A stretch of DNA of 62,879 nt, counting the filler, from Collodictyon triciliatum (Eukaryota): the NCBI GenBank assembly GCA_043381765.1. It is 13 parts of 13 records of this genome, joined end to end, with 100 filler letters (N's around TTAATTAATTAA, not from the genome) between each part and the next. Parts side by side here need not be neighbours in the genome. Positions count along the whole stretch, not along the records: positions 1 to 4,820 come from JBHJMP010005732.1; positions 4,921 to 9,736 come from JBHJMP010005733.1; positions 9,837 to 14,650 come from JBHJMP010005734.1; 10 more parts are not named here. One strand, written 5' to 3'. The position numbers and the translations under genes were made by a program. Below, piece by piece: positions 1-11,750 of this stretch; the stretch's first letter is position 1, and the number at the start of each line of letters is the position of its first letter. Below the pieces are notes generated by a model. The model was given only the letters and a program-made list of their open reading frames with translations, was not told the DNA's origin and did not search any database.

Positions 1-2134
1 TTTTTTTTTTTTGTTTTTTTTTTTTTTTGTTTTTTTTTGTTTTTTTTTTTTTGTTTTTTTTTTGTTTTTTTTTTGTTTTTTGTTGTTTTGTCAGCGCGGT
101 GGTTTTGATCTGTAGAGTGATTTGACCGGGAAATACGCAGAAAAGAGCCAAGTATAGCAGAACGCCTGAATAAACCCAATTACGAATTTATTGCATCAAC
201 GCCATAAATCTGGACATTATACCAATCATCAGCCACGCAGCAATCTGTGGCAGACCGGACATTAATACGCCAAGAAACAATAGATGCTACGCATTACAAA
301 AGACCTCTCGTGATACTAAGCTACTAGCCCCGTTCTCTTGTGCTTTTTTTCTTTACGCACGAACATTGAACGAACTAGAGTAAGGAACGTGTCGGTATCG
401 TATCTTTTTAAAATACATTCCGCTGTTCGAGACAATTCATTTCTTTCAGGACATTTCACAGCGGTTTCATCGTGTCATTACACCCCTCGTAAAAATGCAC
501 TTTCTGCTTCCTGTTCCTTCAATTTTCTTTTCAGCCTCCTACACGCACGCAATTTTGCAGGTTACGAAAGTCTGGTTCTCGGACCGCCTTCATACCAGAC
601 AATCATAAAACTCCACTTTTTTACTTCGCAGTCCTACATAGTTTTCTTCACATGAGCTTATTCAAAACAGTCATTTCAATCTTTTCATTACGATTTTCAT
701 GGATTTGCCCTTAAAAACGAGCAGATACAGGCTTTGTATGGCTGTGTGTACATCATTCGCCACAATTCAGTTAGGAGTCTTCTGAATTCAATTCTCAACC
801 TTAATTTTTTCTTCACATCTCCTCTTCATCTCTTAAAATCATCTCCAATTCAATTCTCATTCTATCTCATCGTCACATTAAAAAGATGNNNNNNNNNNNN
901 NNNNNNNNNNNNNNNNNNNNNNNNNNNNNNNNNNNNNNNNNNNNNNNNNNNNNNNNNNNNNNNNNNNNNNNNNNNNNNNNNNNNNNNNNNNNNNNNNNNN
1001 NNNNNNNNNNNNNNNNNNNNNNNNNNNNNNNNNNNNNNNNNNNNNNNNNNNNNNNNNNNNNNNNNNNNNNNNNNNNNNNNNNNNNNNNNNNNNNNNNNNN
1101 NNNNNNNNNNNNNNNNNNNNNNNNNNNNNNNNNNNNNNNNNNNNNNNNNNNNNNNNNNNNNNNNNNNNNNNNNNNNNNNNNNNNNNNNNNNNNNNNNNNN
1201 NNNNNNNNNNNNNNNNNNNNNNNNNNNNNNNNNNNNNNNNNNNNNNNNNNNNNNNNNNNNNNNNNNNNNNNNNNNNNNNNNNNNNNNNNNNNNNNNNNNN
1301 NNNNNNNNNNNNNNNNNNNNNNNNNNNNNNNNNNNNNNNNNNNNNNNNNNNNNNNNNNNNNNNNNNNNNNNNNNNNNNNNNNNNNGTCGCTGTCAAAATC
1401 AATTGCAATCAATGCTCTTCAAATTGTTGAAATGTTAGGCGATGAAAAGAGAAAGTTGAAATAAAAGGAAAAAGAAAAAGAAAAAAGACAAATACAGGTT
1501 GCTGCCCATTCCGAGTGATTAAAGACCTTTCATGCCGTTAGTTGGTGAAGATAAATAGCATGCTATCTCCAGGCGAAACAAGAACTTTCAACTAATAGGC
1601 ATTACAGAAGGCTGTGCAGATGGAATGATGATGATTCAGATATTAGCAATTAACTTCTCGATCGGACACGTCGCCGAACAACTCTCTGGTGGGCTTTCGT
1701 AGATATGCAAGATGCAGAGACAACGATGTATACTTGCGATACGTGTATACTGCTTGGAACAGAGGATGCCTAAAAAATATTCAAGGCCGTCGGTGTTTCG
1801 TTCTATTTGAGGATTTATCGATCAGGAGTCGCAAATAAAGGACACGTGTGGAGGCTTTCTGATGGCCTGTGTGTTTGCTTCCTGCCTCATTTATTTTACA
1901 TCCGTAAGGTGTCGCCTTGCTGGTAGACTTTTTTTTGTTTTTGTTTTTGCTTTACTATGTATGATAGTTAACTGGAATAAATATGTATACAGTCCTTCAT
2001 TTCTTTGCCATAAATGTTCTGCTCGATATTTCCTGTTTATTGTTGGGGATTATTTATCAAAAGGAACAGACAGGAAAATCAAAAGGTTGAGAAATTAATG
2101 CCGAGAAGCCTGTGACACTTTTGATGATTTCTGG

Positions 2135-4518
2135 CTAGAGCTCTTCAAAGTCTTCCTCTGGGAAATCTCCAACCGTGATTTTATCTAGAGTAATAACACA
2201 ATAAAGGTGTGAATCCGGACATTCGCTCATAAAAGTAAAAGTAAAACAAATGTGGGCATTATTCCTATAAAAATAAAGGTATATTTTGGTATTTGCATCA
2301 TTGGTCGAAGACTTGGAAAAAGTATCAATCACCTGGACGAACAAAAACACCATAGTTCGGCGGGCACTCGAACACTTTTCTGCCCTTCGCACTAAGTTGC
2401 AAGTATCGGTATAAGCGTGTTGACAAATACACATGCATATTTGACGCTAAGAATGAACTCCGGAGCTATTCTAAACACGTCGAGGGAAGCAATCTATCAC
2501 AGGCAAAGAAAACCTCAGCTTTGAATCTACACACCTTCCATCATTTTTGCCCAGAGGTTCATCAAGCTTAACACCGACCCAGTATCCAGCAGGCAGTTCA
2601 GGTATAGGTCCTAAAATTGATTTAAATAAGCAAAATAGTTTGTGAGAAATCAAAGAGAAATAATTAAAAAAATTCGTCGTTGTTGGGTGTGTAAGGACTA
2701 TATACACTATACAAGTTAAGCTAACTATATGGTTGATATAGTTTTGTTTGTTGGATTTCAATGTCGATTCGCACATCATATGTATTTAGTAAAGACGTCA
2801 CCGCGCCAAGGGTTCAATAAAGTATCATTATCATCTTGAACACGAAAATAATGCCCTCGATAACATACCAACAAACATGACAGTCCCTCTCTTTCCTCCA
2901 GGTTGTACTTCGCATCTGTTCCCAACACTTATGCTCTCGGCCTCAGTTCTCCCAGTTTCGTCTGATGCCTCAGCTTTCTCCGGCTTGGGATAAAGACTTT
3001 GGGTGACAAACACAAAGAAATTATTTATGGCTATTTAATCGTTGTTACAAACAGGTACTTTCAAAATTAAGATGTCATTCGACGCTTTGCATTTGTTGGC
3101 TCATAATTTTGTAGATGTAGGACTATCTTTCTGTATTTTGGTATTGCAGAGTTAAGCATCAATCATGCAAATTAATTGTAACACCTCCAATTAGGGTTCT
3201 GCTGGAGTTGCTGCTCTTTAAATTTTCGGTATGTATCTGTTGGTGGGAGTAGATATTAGAAGGCTGATGACAGACTCTTGACCATCATTATGTTGTGTTA
3301 TACATCAAAGCACTATGGTTATTGGTGTTATCAGAGGACTATTTCAATTCGTCTTGAGGGAATAAGCAAACTTATTGAAATAGAGACTTTGTCTGCCTGC
3401 GTACTGCTCGTCACTGAGCTTGAACTTTTCGACTCTGGACAGATCATCTAGACCTCCATTTGCAGCCAGTGAGTGGGGATTAATATCAACGACCTTTTTT
3501 GTTGTTGTTGGTTAAAAAAATGATATTGCGATATTTACACACATCAAGCAAATATTTATATTTGGTTAAGAGTAGCTCAATATTAAAACAGGGAATTCAA
3601 AAGAAAACGAAAATAAGGAGCAACAACGAAATTACCATTGGAAAAAATGTAATCCGAAAGAAAATGTCAGAATATACGATTTAAAAGAACGGGAGAAATA
3701 ATGGATATGGCCTTGACATCTAAAGGGGGGATTGTAATGGAAATGATACAGATATGAAATAGAAGTAGAAATAAATACAAATACAAATACAAATTCAAGT
3801 ACAAATACAAATACATATAGAAACATCACGAACATGTAGGGTGTATCCATTGACGGGAGAATAGAATCCAAGAGGGCGTTGATTTTCGCTTAAATGAGCT
3901 ACCGTGCGACCGTTCGAATCAACCATGTAGACATCCTGAAAATCTGGAGAGGTTCCAGTTTTACTGTGTAGGCGGTCCTTGATATAAACACATGCATATT
4001 TATCAATACCACTTTATTAAAAGTACAAAAAAAAATTGAAAATGAGATATCGAGCTTGGTTGTCGGTAAACTTTCGAACAAATACGACAACATTCATATT
4101 TCAGCGAAGGTTTGAAACAGATAAGTGTGTTTACTTTGACATCAGCGACCGTCATATGCAGATCGAAGCGTTGTTCAGGGTAGCGCGCTTTCAAGAGGCT
4201 GTGCGTCACATCCAAGAGAACCTGCCGAGAAAAAAAAATAGTAAGCAAAGACAAAAAGAAAAAAGAAAAAAAAAGAGTATGAAAAGACAACAATATGCGT
4301 GAGTGCTTAAAAGGTACAGCCAAATCAAAATGGCAATAAAAATAATCAAGAAATAAATAGAATGAAAAGGCCTGAAACACGATTGAAGGATTAAACTAAG
4401 GGTGGTGCACAACGAAAAATATACGGGTATATTTGGGGGAACGACAGACTGTGTAAGGCGAGGTATTCTGAGAGGATGGCCCGGTAACGTAATCGCGCAG
4501 TGCCCGAAGGTCATTCAT
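2135..4518 (-). CDS. TBCB: Tubulin-folding cofactor B (ubiquitin-like + CAP-Gly), 9 exons
   Basis: Hand-spliced GT-AG exons stay in frame: MNDLRALRDYVTG..|VLLDVTHSLLKARYPEQRFDLHMTVADVK|DRLHSKTGTSP..LGFYSPVNGYTLH|VVDINPHSLAANGGLDDLSRVEKFKLSDEQY..|..VGNRCEVQPGGKRGTVMFVG|PIPELPAGYWVGVKLDEPLGKNDG|SAKGRKVFECPPNYGVFVRP|DKITVGDFPEEDFEEL*. CAP-Gly GKNDG motif present. Confidence 0.95.
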
Positions 4519-4643
4519 CACAGTGGTTCTGTCTGGGTTAACTAAAGCATCCTCAGTTAAAATAGACTGACCTCCTTCACTAATTCAGCGGCTACGCGTG
4601 TGGATCGTTTTTTTCGTTTTTGTTTTTTTTTTTTGTTTTTTTT

Positions 4644-4711
<68 letters not shown>

Positions 4712-4864
4712 TTTTTTTGTTTTTTGTTTTTTGTTTTTGTTTTTTTTGTCTTTTTGTCTTTTTGTCTTTTTGTCTTTTTGTCTTTTTGTCTTTTTGTCTT
4801 TTTGTCTTTTTTTGTTTTTTNNNNNNNNNNNNNNNNNNNNNNNNNNNNNNNNNNNNNNNNNNNN

Positions 4865-4876
4865 TTAATTAATTAA
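4865..4876. other. Artificial scaffold linker TTAATTAATTAA inside N runs (first of 12)
   Basis: Identical 12-mer, giving stops in all six frames, embedded in Ns at 4865, 9781, 14695, 19608, 24521, 29432, 34338, 41567, 46473, 51376, 56282 and 61206. Confidence 0.97.
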
Positions 4877-4978
4877 NNNNNNNNNNNNNNNNNNNNNNNN
4901 NNNNNNNNNNNNNNNNNNNNTTTTTTTTGAAAAAAGAATGAAAAAGAATAATGTGGTACCACTCATACGACCTCATAG

Positions 4979-7900
4979 ACTGCACAAAGTATTTTGGATG
5001 GGGCTGTGAGTGAGTTTGACATGAAAAGACTCCACAACATTGATGAATTCCATGAAGACTTAAAACTGCTCCTTGCATACGGTCGACATCTTAGAGTATA
5101 TTCGTTTGAAATTTGATCACACAAATGATATTTGAAATTCCTTTTTTTTTTTTTAACCTTCTTGAGTATACTTGTCATAAGTAAGATTACCATCACGTTT
5201 TGACACGAATTATTAAAAAAAATTATACAAAAGAATTCTATTACTTCTCTTCAATATATACTTCCCATCCTCCGATAGAAAAGCCGATTGTATGATGGTT
5301 CTCTGGAGCTAGAGAGTGCCGAGGTAGGATTCTCCTTCGGGGAAGATGGCGCACCAACAAAAGTTGATATCCTTACTCTCAGGAGTATTGAATATTATAT
5401 GATATCTTTGTATTATGATTCTACTGATTTATACGGTTACCAACTATGAGTCTGTCATTGTAGAGAATGATTTTTAATTTGTGCTACATCTATGTGTTAT
5501 GATCTCTGGGATTATTTTTTCTGAATTTTCTACTCAAACGCAAGAAAGACATCCATATTCGCCCACCCCACGCGTCTCCAACTCCTATTTATTTATCTTG
5601 GATACTGCTAGCTATAAAATAATTATAGAGCCATAACACCACTACTTACCAAGAAATCATTTGAAGTCAACAAAATTGTCTCAGAGTACATGATTCTTGC
5701 AAATAAGGTTTTCTCCTGTAAATTTGAAAGGTTTTTTTTTTTTTTGACAGCTGCATTCATTCTAAAACGGCAAATGATACGGCAGTACGTCGGAGAAAAG
5801 ATCTACAGAACTTTTCCCCATGCTTCCCTGTTACGCCGACATGCTACCCCGAATGCAAAGGACTTTGCTCACTTGGCAATGTGCTGCCGTTCAAAGGTTT
5901 GTCATAGACTATGATGTGGGGAGGCTAAATAGATATATATGTGTGCATGCTTGAATATATTACGTGAATGAAATTCCTGGCTACCCTTAAACTATAATGT
6001 CTCAAGACTATTCTAAATTGATATGATTTATAATCGATGCAAGTCATATTAAAACCAACCGCTTTGAATCGAATAAAGGGAAAAAAAATTATTAAAACCA
6101 ACCGATTCTACACACTTATATTTTCTGACATATGTCACCTCTTAATATGTTTTCATGTAATCAAAGGGATATGCATTCAATTACGAAACAAATAAGAAGC
6201 TGTCAGAATCACTGGAAAAGGCGATTGATAAAAAAGATCCCATGGTAAATTTCTTGATAAGGTAAAACAATGTTAAGAATGAATATGATATCTACTTCGC
6301 TTTATCCGACTCTTGATTTTTCATTCATTATTTTCAGGTATTACTTTTTTTTTTTGATACGAAGAAGGAAAATATTACGTTTCATAATCATTGTCATACT
6401 CATATAACTCACATTACTCCAATCAAATCTAACTATGGTATGTTTACAGAAACTTAACCTCTATGGCCATGACAGAAGCCGAGTAAGTTGGGATGCACAT
6501 AACTAACATAAAGAAACATTAATTACCACAAAATCCAGAGTTCGCTCATATAAAATCTGCACAGGTATATTTCTACGGGTTCTTTGGATCTCAAAGAATA
6601 CTACCACTATGGACTTGCATCAGAATTCTATACCCACTTTACCTCCCCGATTCGTCGTTATGCCGGTTCAAAAATATCATGCAATCAATTAATATAAAAA
6701 CAAAAACCATAAATCGCATTCATATTGTATCGTCGCGTCGTAACGATGACTCATAAACTTTTATATTATACTTTTGTCAAGATATCATCGCCCATAGACA
6801 GCTTGCTCTTGCAATCGAATCGAACTCTTCAGTTCCATTATTTTCAAACGAAAAACTGGTTGAAGTTGCCACACATTTAAATGAAATGCATAGGTTTTCT
6901 TCCTCTACACATTCTCTATTTTACAATCAATAGATCAGATATTCCTGTGTAAAATATGAAATAGCTAAATAAAATGTAATTTTCATTTATTAAATAGGGA
7001 ATCAAAGCGGGCACAGGCCGATTCTGTTGAACTATTCCGTTCGTTGTATTTCTCAAGAAATGAAGTGATCGAAGAGGGTGTTGTATATAACATGTCTCCA
7101 GACGGGATATTTGTTTACATCCCAAAGTGAGCTAATTTACTATCATAAATATCCATTATTTAGATGACACTCCATTTTGAAGATGAATATAATCAATTTT
7201 TTTTTTTTGTTATGTAAAGGGAGAACAAATAATAAAGATAATAAAATAGTAGTTTAATTGTCGTCAATACTGAATGGCTACTTATTTTCTACTTCGTTTT
7301 ATTTATATATTAAGCGCATATTAAATGTCACATTATAAAGGTATGGCTTGAAGAAAAAGTGCTTTTTTAAAGACCACAATGGCGTGATATCCATGCCTAA
7401 TCCCTTACACAAGGGAAGCCCGTGCAATCCAGAGAATTTTATAGAACCCGATTCAATTACACTTTTAGGTACACAGTTCACAAAATCGGTGCCAATTTAC
7501 TTTACCTTTATCAAAATATGGCGTAAAATGAAACAAAAAGAGTTTTGACTACGGTTGAGATTATATTACTCATGCTCTAGACGAAAACGAAGTCCCAAGG
7601 ATAGATATCAGCCACAAAAATCTAAATCACACCATTAGAGTTTTTGATCATATGCTCTTTAAGATTGGATCCAAGGTGCTTATAATTTAATAGAATTATT
7701 TCACATTTATTTGAATTAATGCTTGCGTATGAATGATATTAAATTAAATAATCTTCACATCAATCCATCACCCTCAAGATATTTTTATCCCATGTAAAAT
7801 TCTCATGAAAAAAATCTGGATCAAAATTTAAAATTCTTTATACTATTGTGTGATCGCAAAAGCTAAAATGAAACAAAACACACACAAACACTATCTCCTA

Positions 7901-8874
7901 ATTTTATGCGATTCCTAGGAAAGATTTCCTTATATGACAAACACGATCAATTCTGTTATAGGTATCGAAATTACACAGCCCGGAAACTGTGATAACCATG
8001 GCAGGATTTCTTGAAAAGCCTTCTATGTCAGGCGAAAAGGTAAGACTTTTGTAAACTTCATTGATCGATTAATCTCAGGCTCAAACAGAAAAAGATAAAA
8101 AGATAAAAGATAAAAAGATAAAAAGATAAAAAGATAAAAAGATAAAAAGATAAAAAGATAAAAAGATAAAAAGATAAAAAGATAAAAAGATAAAAAGATA
8201 AAAAGAGGAAAGAGGAAAGAGGAAAGAGGAAAGAGGAAAGAAGGGAAAAGTTAGCTAAGGACTGTAGTGATGCTAGATTATTCTAAGAATTAGCGGATGT
8301 ACATGCCTGATTATAATCTCGTTACTTTCCTCATTCCTCCATTCGATATCGGCCAGGCTAAGCAAGGAAAAGCGATTGAAGGTAGCCATCCAAACACGAA
8401 ATGGTAATATTTAAATCAAACTCAATATCACATGGATAAATGATGTGGTCAACATCAATCAATCAATCAATCAATCAATCAATTCCTCTTTTATATTAAA
8501 CTTTGTCTGCTAGAAAGAGTACAATTAATAAAATTTTTTCTCTCCCCATACTCATATAAAGTCTTTTTAATTATCATAGCCAGCCGGGACTCCTTCCGAA
8601 GGATTTGATCTCTAAAGTTAAGGAAGATGACATGGAATTGAAGGCACGAACTAACAAAAGGGAGAAAAAGAATGTGTCATCTCAAAGCCACGAAAAGAAA
8701 AAATTGGAGCTCTATGAAATTTTCCAAAACTTCTCAACAGAGGAACATACTCCCATCGTGACTATGTTTAAAGAGGAGAGTAACAAGGTTGATGATTTGA
8801 CTCTGAGCATGGGCAGGCTCTCCCTTTATACACCGAAAAAAACCATCGGGCGAAGAAAATTCGGGGATATGTGA
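4979..8874 (+). CDS. DIS3L: DIS3-like (DIS3L/RRP44 family) RNB 3'-5' exoribonuclease, 5'-truncated, multi-exon
   Basis: Exons encode [53 protein letters not shown] (RNB signature) and an S1-like region. Last exon is 8600-8874. DIS3L is preferred over DIS3 from the remembered family pattern only. Confidence 0.88.
5367..5645 (+). other. Putative U12-type AT-AC intron in DIS3L
   Basis: 5' end ATATCCTT, branch-like CCATAAC at 5631-5637, 3' end CTAC. Splicing gives in-frame ..[26 protein letters not shown]. Confidence 0.75.
6047..6104 (+). mobile_element. 28-bp A-tailed insertion (family B) with 15-bp TSD, in a DIS3L intron
   Basis: TATTAAAACCAACCG at 6047-6061 and 6090-6104 flanks ctttgaatcgaataaagggaaaaaaaat. 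Confidence 0.7.
8088..8240 (+). repeat. (GATAAAAA)n then (GAGGAAA)n microsatellite in a DIS3L intron
   Basis: Directly visible tandem repeats. Confidence 0.9.
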
Positions 8875-9836
8875 CCCAACTTATCTGCCGTGAAGAAGGG
8901 CAGTCTCAAAACAGAGCACCACGCTCGAGCTTAAAATCCACGAGATACCATGCTCCCCTTGATTCACAGAGGATCGACATGGACAACAGACATAAAATGC
9001 AGAATGAGAAGAATGCCTTCCAAAAACATAGATGAGCATCACTCCTTCTTGTATATTGACATATCTATTTATTACTGAGTAGAAAAAAAAATTATTTTCA
9101 AGAAACGCGCGTATATTCGCCATTTATATTGAAGAAGAGAAACCTTTTGAGGCAACGGAATATAACTCACTTCTATGGCGATTGAGCGCGTTCGCACGAA
9201 GGCACAAATTATGTGGGATTTCTTCCACTCTCCATCTTATTTTTTTCAGCAAGAGCTAACCATTCCTGCTCGGCACCAGGAAGCTGATTTGAGGTGTTGC
9301 TTGCGCTTCTTCTATGAAGGGCGTCGGCTTTGCTTCGATTCCTCATCAGAACAAAGAAAGGGTACCTGATGTCACGTTTCTACTAGCGTCGTCCTCCCAT
9401 GTAGGCAGAAAAAGGGTTATAGGCGTGAACCATGTGCGTTGGGCGAACTGCCACACAAATCACCTTCAACGGTCTTGACCTGAACAAGATGCGCTGGCCT
9501 GTGTCCTCTTACACTAATCTGTCGCAAACCCAGTCCTGCTGTCGATGGACTGCCTGGCACAAAGACAAAGACAAAGACAAAGACAAAGACAAAGACAAAG
9601 ACAAAAAGCAAAAAGCAAAAAGCAAAAAGCAAAAAGCAAAAAGCAAAAAGCAAAAAGCAAAAAGCAAAAAGCAAAAAGCAAAAAGCAAAAAGCAAAAAGC
9701 AAAAAGCAAAAAGAAGGAAAAGTTAAGCTACATGACNNNNNNNNNNNNNNNNNNNNNNNNNNNNNNNNNNNNNNNNNNNNTTAATTAATTAANNNNNNNN
9801 NNNNNNNNNNNNNNNNNNNNNNNNNNNNNNNNNNNN

Positions 9837-10600
9837 ATAACATAATAATCACTATAATACAATAACATAATAATAACATAATAATCACTATAATACAATA
9901 ACATAATAATAACATAATAATCACTATAATACAATAACATAATAATAACATAATAATCACTATAATACAATAACATAATAATAACATAATAATCACTATA
10001 ATACAATAACATAATAATAACATAATAATCACTATAATACAATAACATAATAATAACATAATAATCACTATAATACAATAACATAATAATAACATAATAA
10101 TCACTATAATACAATAACATAATAATAACATAATAATAACATAATAATCACTATGTAAAAATATATTAATACTCAATATAATACAATAACATAATAATCA
10201 CTATGGTACAATAACATCATAATCACTATAATACAATAACATAATAATCACTATGTTAAAATATATTAATAATCAATATAATACAATAGCATAATAATCA
10301 CTATGTAAAAATATATTAATACTCAATATAATACAATAACATAATAATCACTATGTTAAAATATATTAATAATCAATATAATACAATAACATAATAATCA
10401 ATATAATACAATAACATAATAATCACTATGATACAATAACATCATAATCACTATGATACAATAACATCATAATCACTATGATACAATAACATCATAATCA
10501 CTATGATACAATAACATCATAATCACTATGGTACAATAACATCATAATCACTATGGTACAATAACATAATAATCACTATGATACAATAATACATCAAAAT
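9837..10600 (+). repeat. Minisatellite: 36-bp unit decaying into 25-26 bp variants
   Basis: Unit cataataatcactataatacaataacataataataa repeated about 8 times, followed by variant units. Confidence 0.9.
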
Positions 10601-10904
10601 CATACTATATCAAGCTATTTTAATAATCATATTAATGCAATCAGCACAGCATATTCCATATATTCGAGTTAGTTAAATATATCTGTGTAATAAAATATAT
10701 GAATGTAATGCAATGTACCAATTTAATTCATGAAATATGGATATATTGATAATAAGCATTTGCACTCTCTTATTATATCAAATGTTGGGCACCTAATTCA
10801 CCTCGGACGCACGGTGATATATTATTTTAGTTCTTATGCGTGAGTTGGGTCGATGGAAAAATACAAGGCATATTTCGGGACGACACTCCAAGGCTAAACA
10901 TATT

Positions 10905-10980
10905 AAACTCATGATTTCTTTTCTTTTTTTTATTCTTCCTTTTAACTTTGTGCAGGACCGTGGCAAACTCATAATTTCTT
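10905..10980 (-). mobile_element. 44-bp A-tailed insertion (family A) with 16-bp TSD
   Basis: aaactcatgatttctt (10905-10920) and aaactcataatttctt (10965-10980) flank an insert whose reverse complement ends tcctgcacaaagttaaaaggaagaataaaaaaaa, matching the insert at 32349-32425. Confidence 0.8.
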
Positions 10981-11750
10981 AAAATATATGTGCGCATCGA
11001 AAATGAGTGTTAATCTGGACGAGCTTTGGCGGTGTCCACTTAATTTTCCCATTCTTCTGAACCGAGTGAGGTATGTCACATTTGGCCTTTTTTTTCTTTT
11101 TTTGTTTTTATGATAGAATTCCCTTTCTGAAAATATTGAATTCTACAATATTCTTGTATCTTCGAGTATTTTCTTTCAAAAAGGGAAATGAAAGCGAAGC
11201 ACCTTTCTTTTTCTGATGGACATTGGTTCTCACTGATTTTAAACTTAAAGTGATGCAATCGTGTTGATGAACAACATATGCCTTTGTTCCCAAGGGCTTT
11301 TCCAAAATTATCTAAAGTGACTTAAGCTTAGATACGAAAAAAAATCTCGCAGTAAGTCAACGAACGAATAAAAATTACCTTTTTTAAAAAACAAACAAAC
11401 AAACAAAACCTTGATTGCACAATACCCAGTATCGCTTTTCAAATATATTTTAAACCCAAAAATAATATATTCTGTTAGATTGTTCTTCGTAATAAAAATT
11501 TATTGGATAAAAAACAAGGATATATAAACTAAATACAGGGGAAAATCCATGTAACAAATTTTTGTTTCATTTATTCCAGTAAATCCATCCAGCAAACTGC
11601 GAAATTTATGCCTGTATAACCCGTATGAACTTCGTCGCTATTGCAATCTAATATAGTATGGGAATATCGGAGGCTATATTTAAAATAAAAAAATAAGAAA
11701 GGCACAGACGGTTCCAGCCGTCTTGGATTAGATTCCCTTCGAATCTTGAC

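Noticed and set aside
734-1464. Long ORFs across N gaps and SSR tracts (also 36286-36738, 57794-58753, 61206-61875 and the poly-F/K/Y ORFs)
   Set aside because: Artefacts of Ns and homopolymers or microsatellites.
90-2100. Possible gene or kinase remnant (VAVK at ~1386)
   Set aside because: Stops in every frame examined and no further motifs; at most a decayed repeat.
9837-10600. CRISPR-like 36-bp periodicity
   Set aside because: Head-to-tail units with no unique spacers; an ordinary minisatellite.
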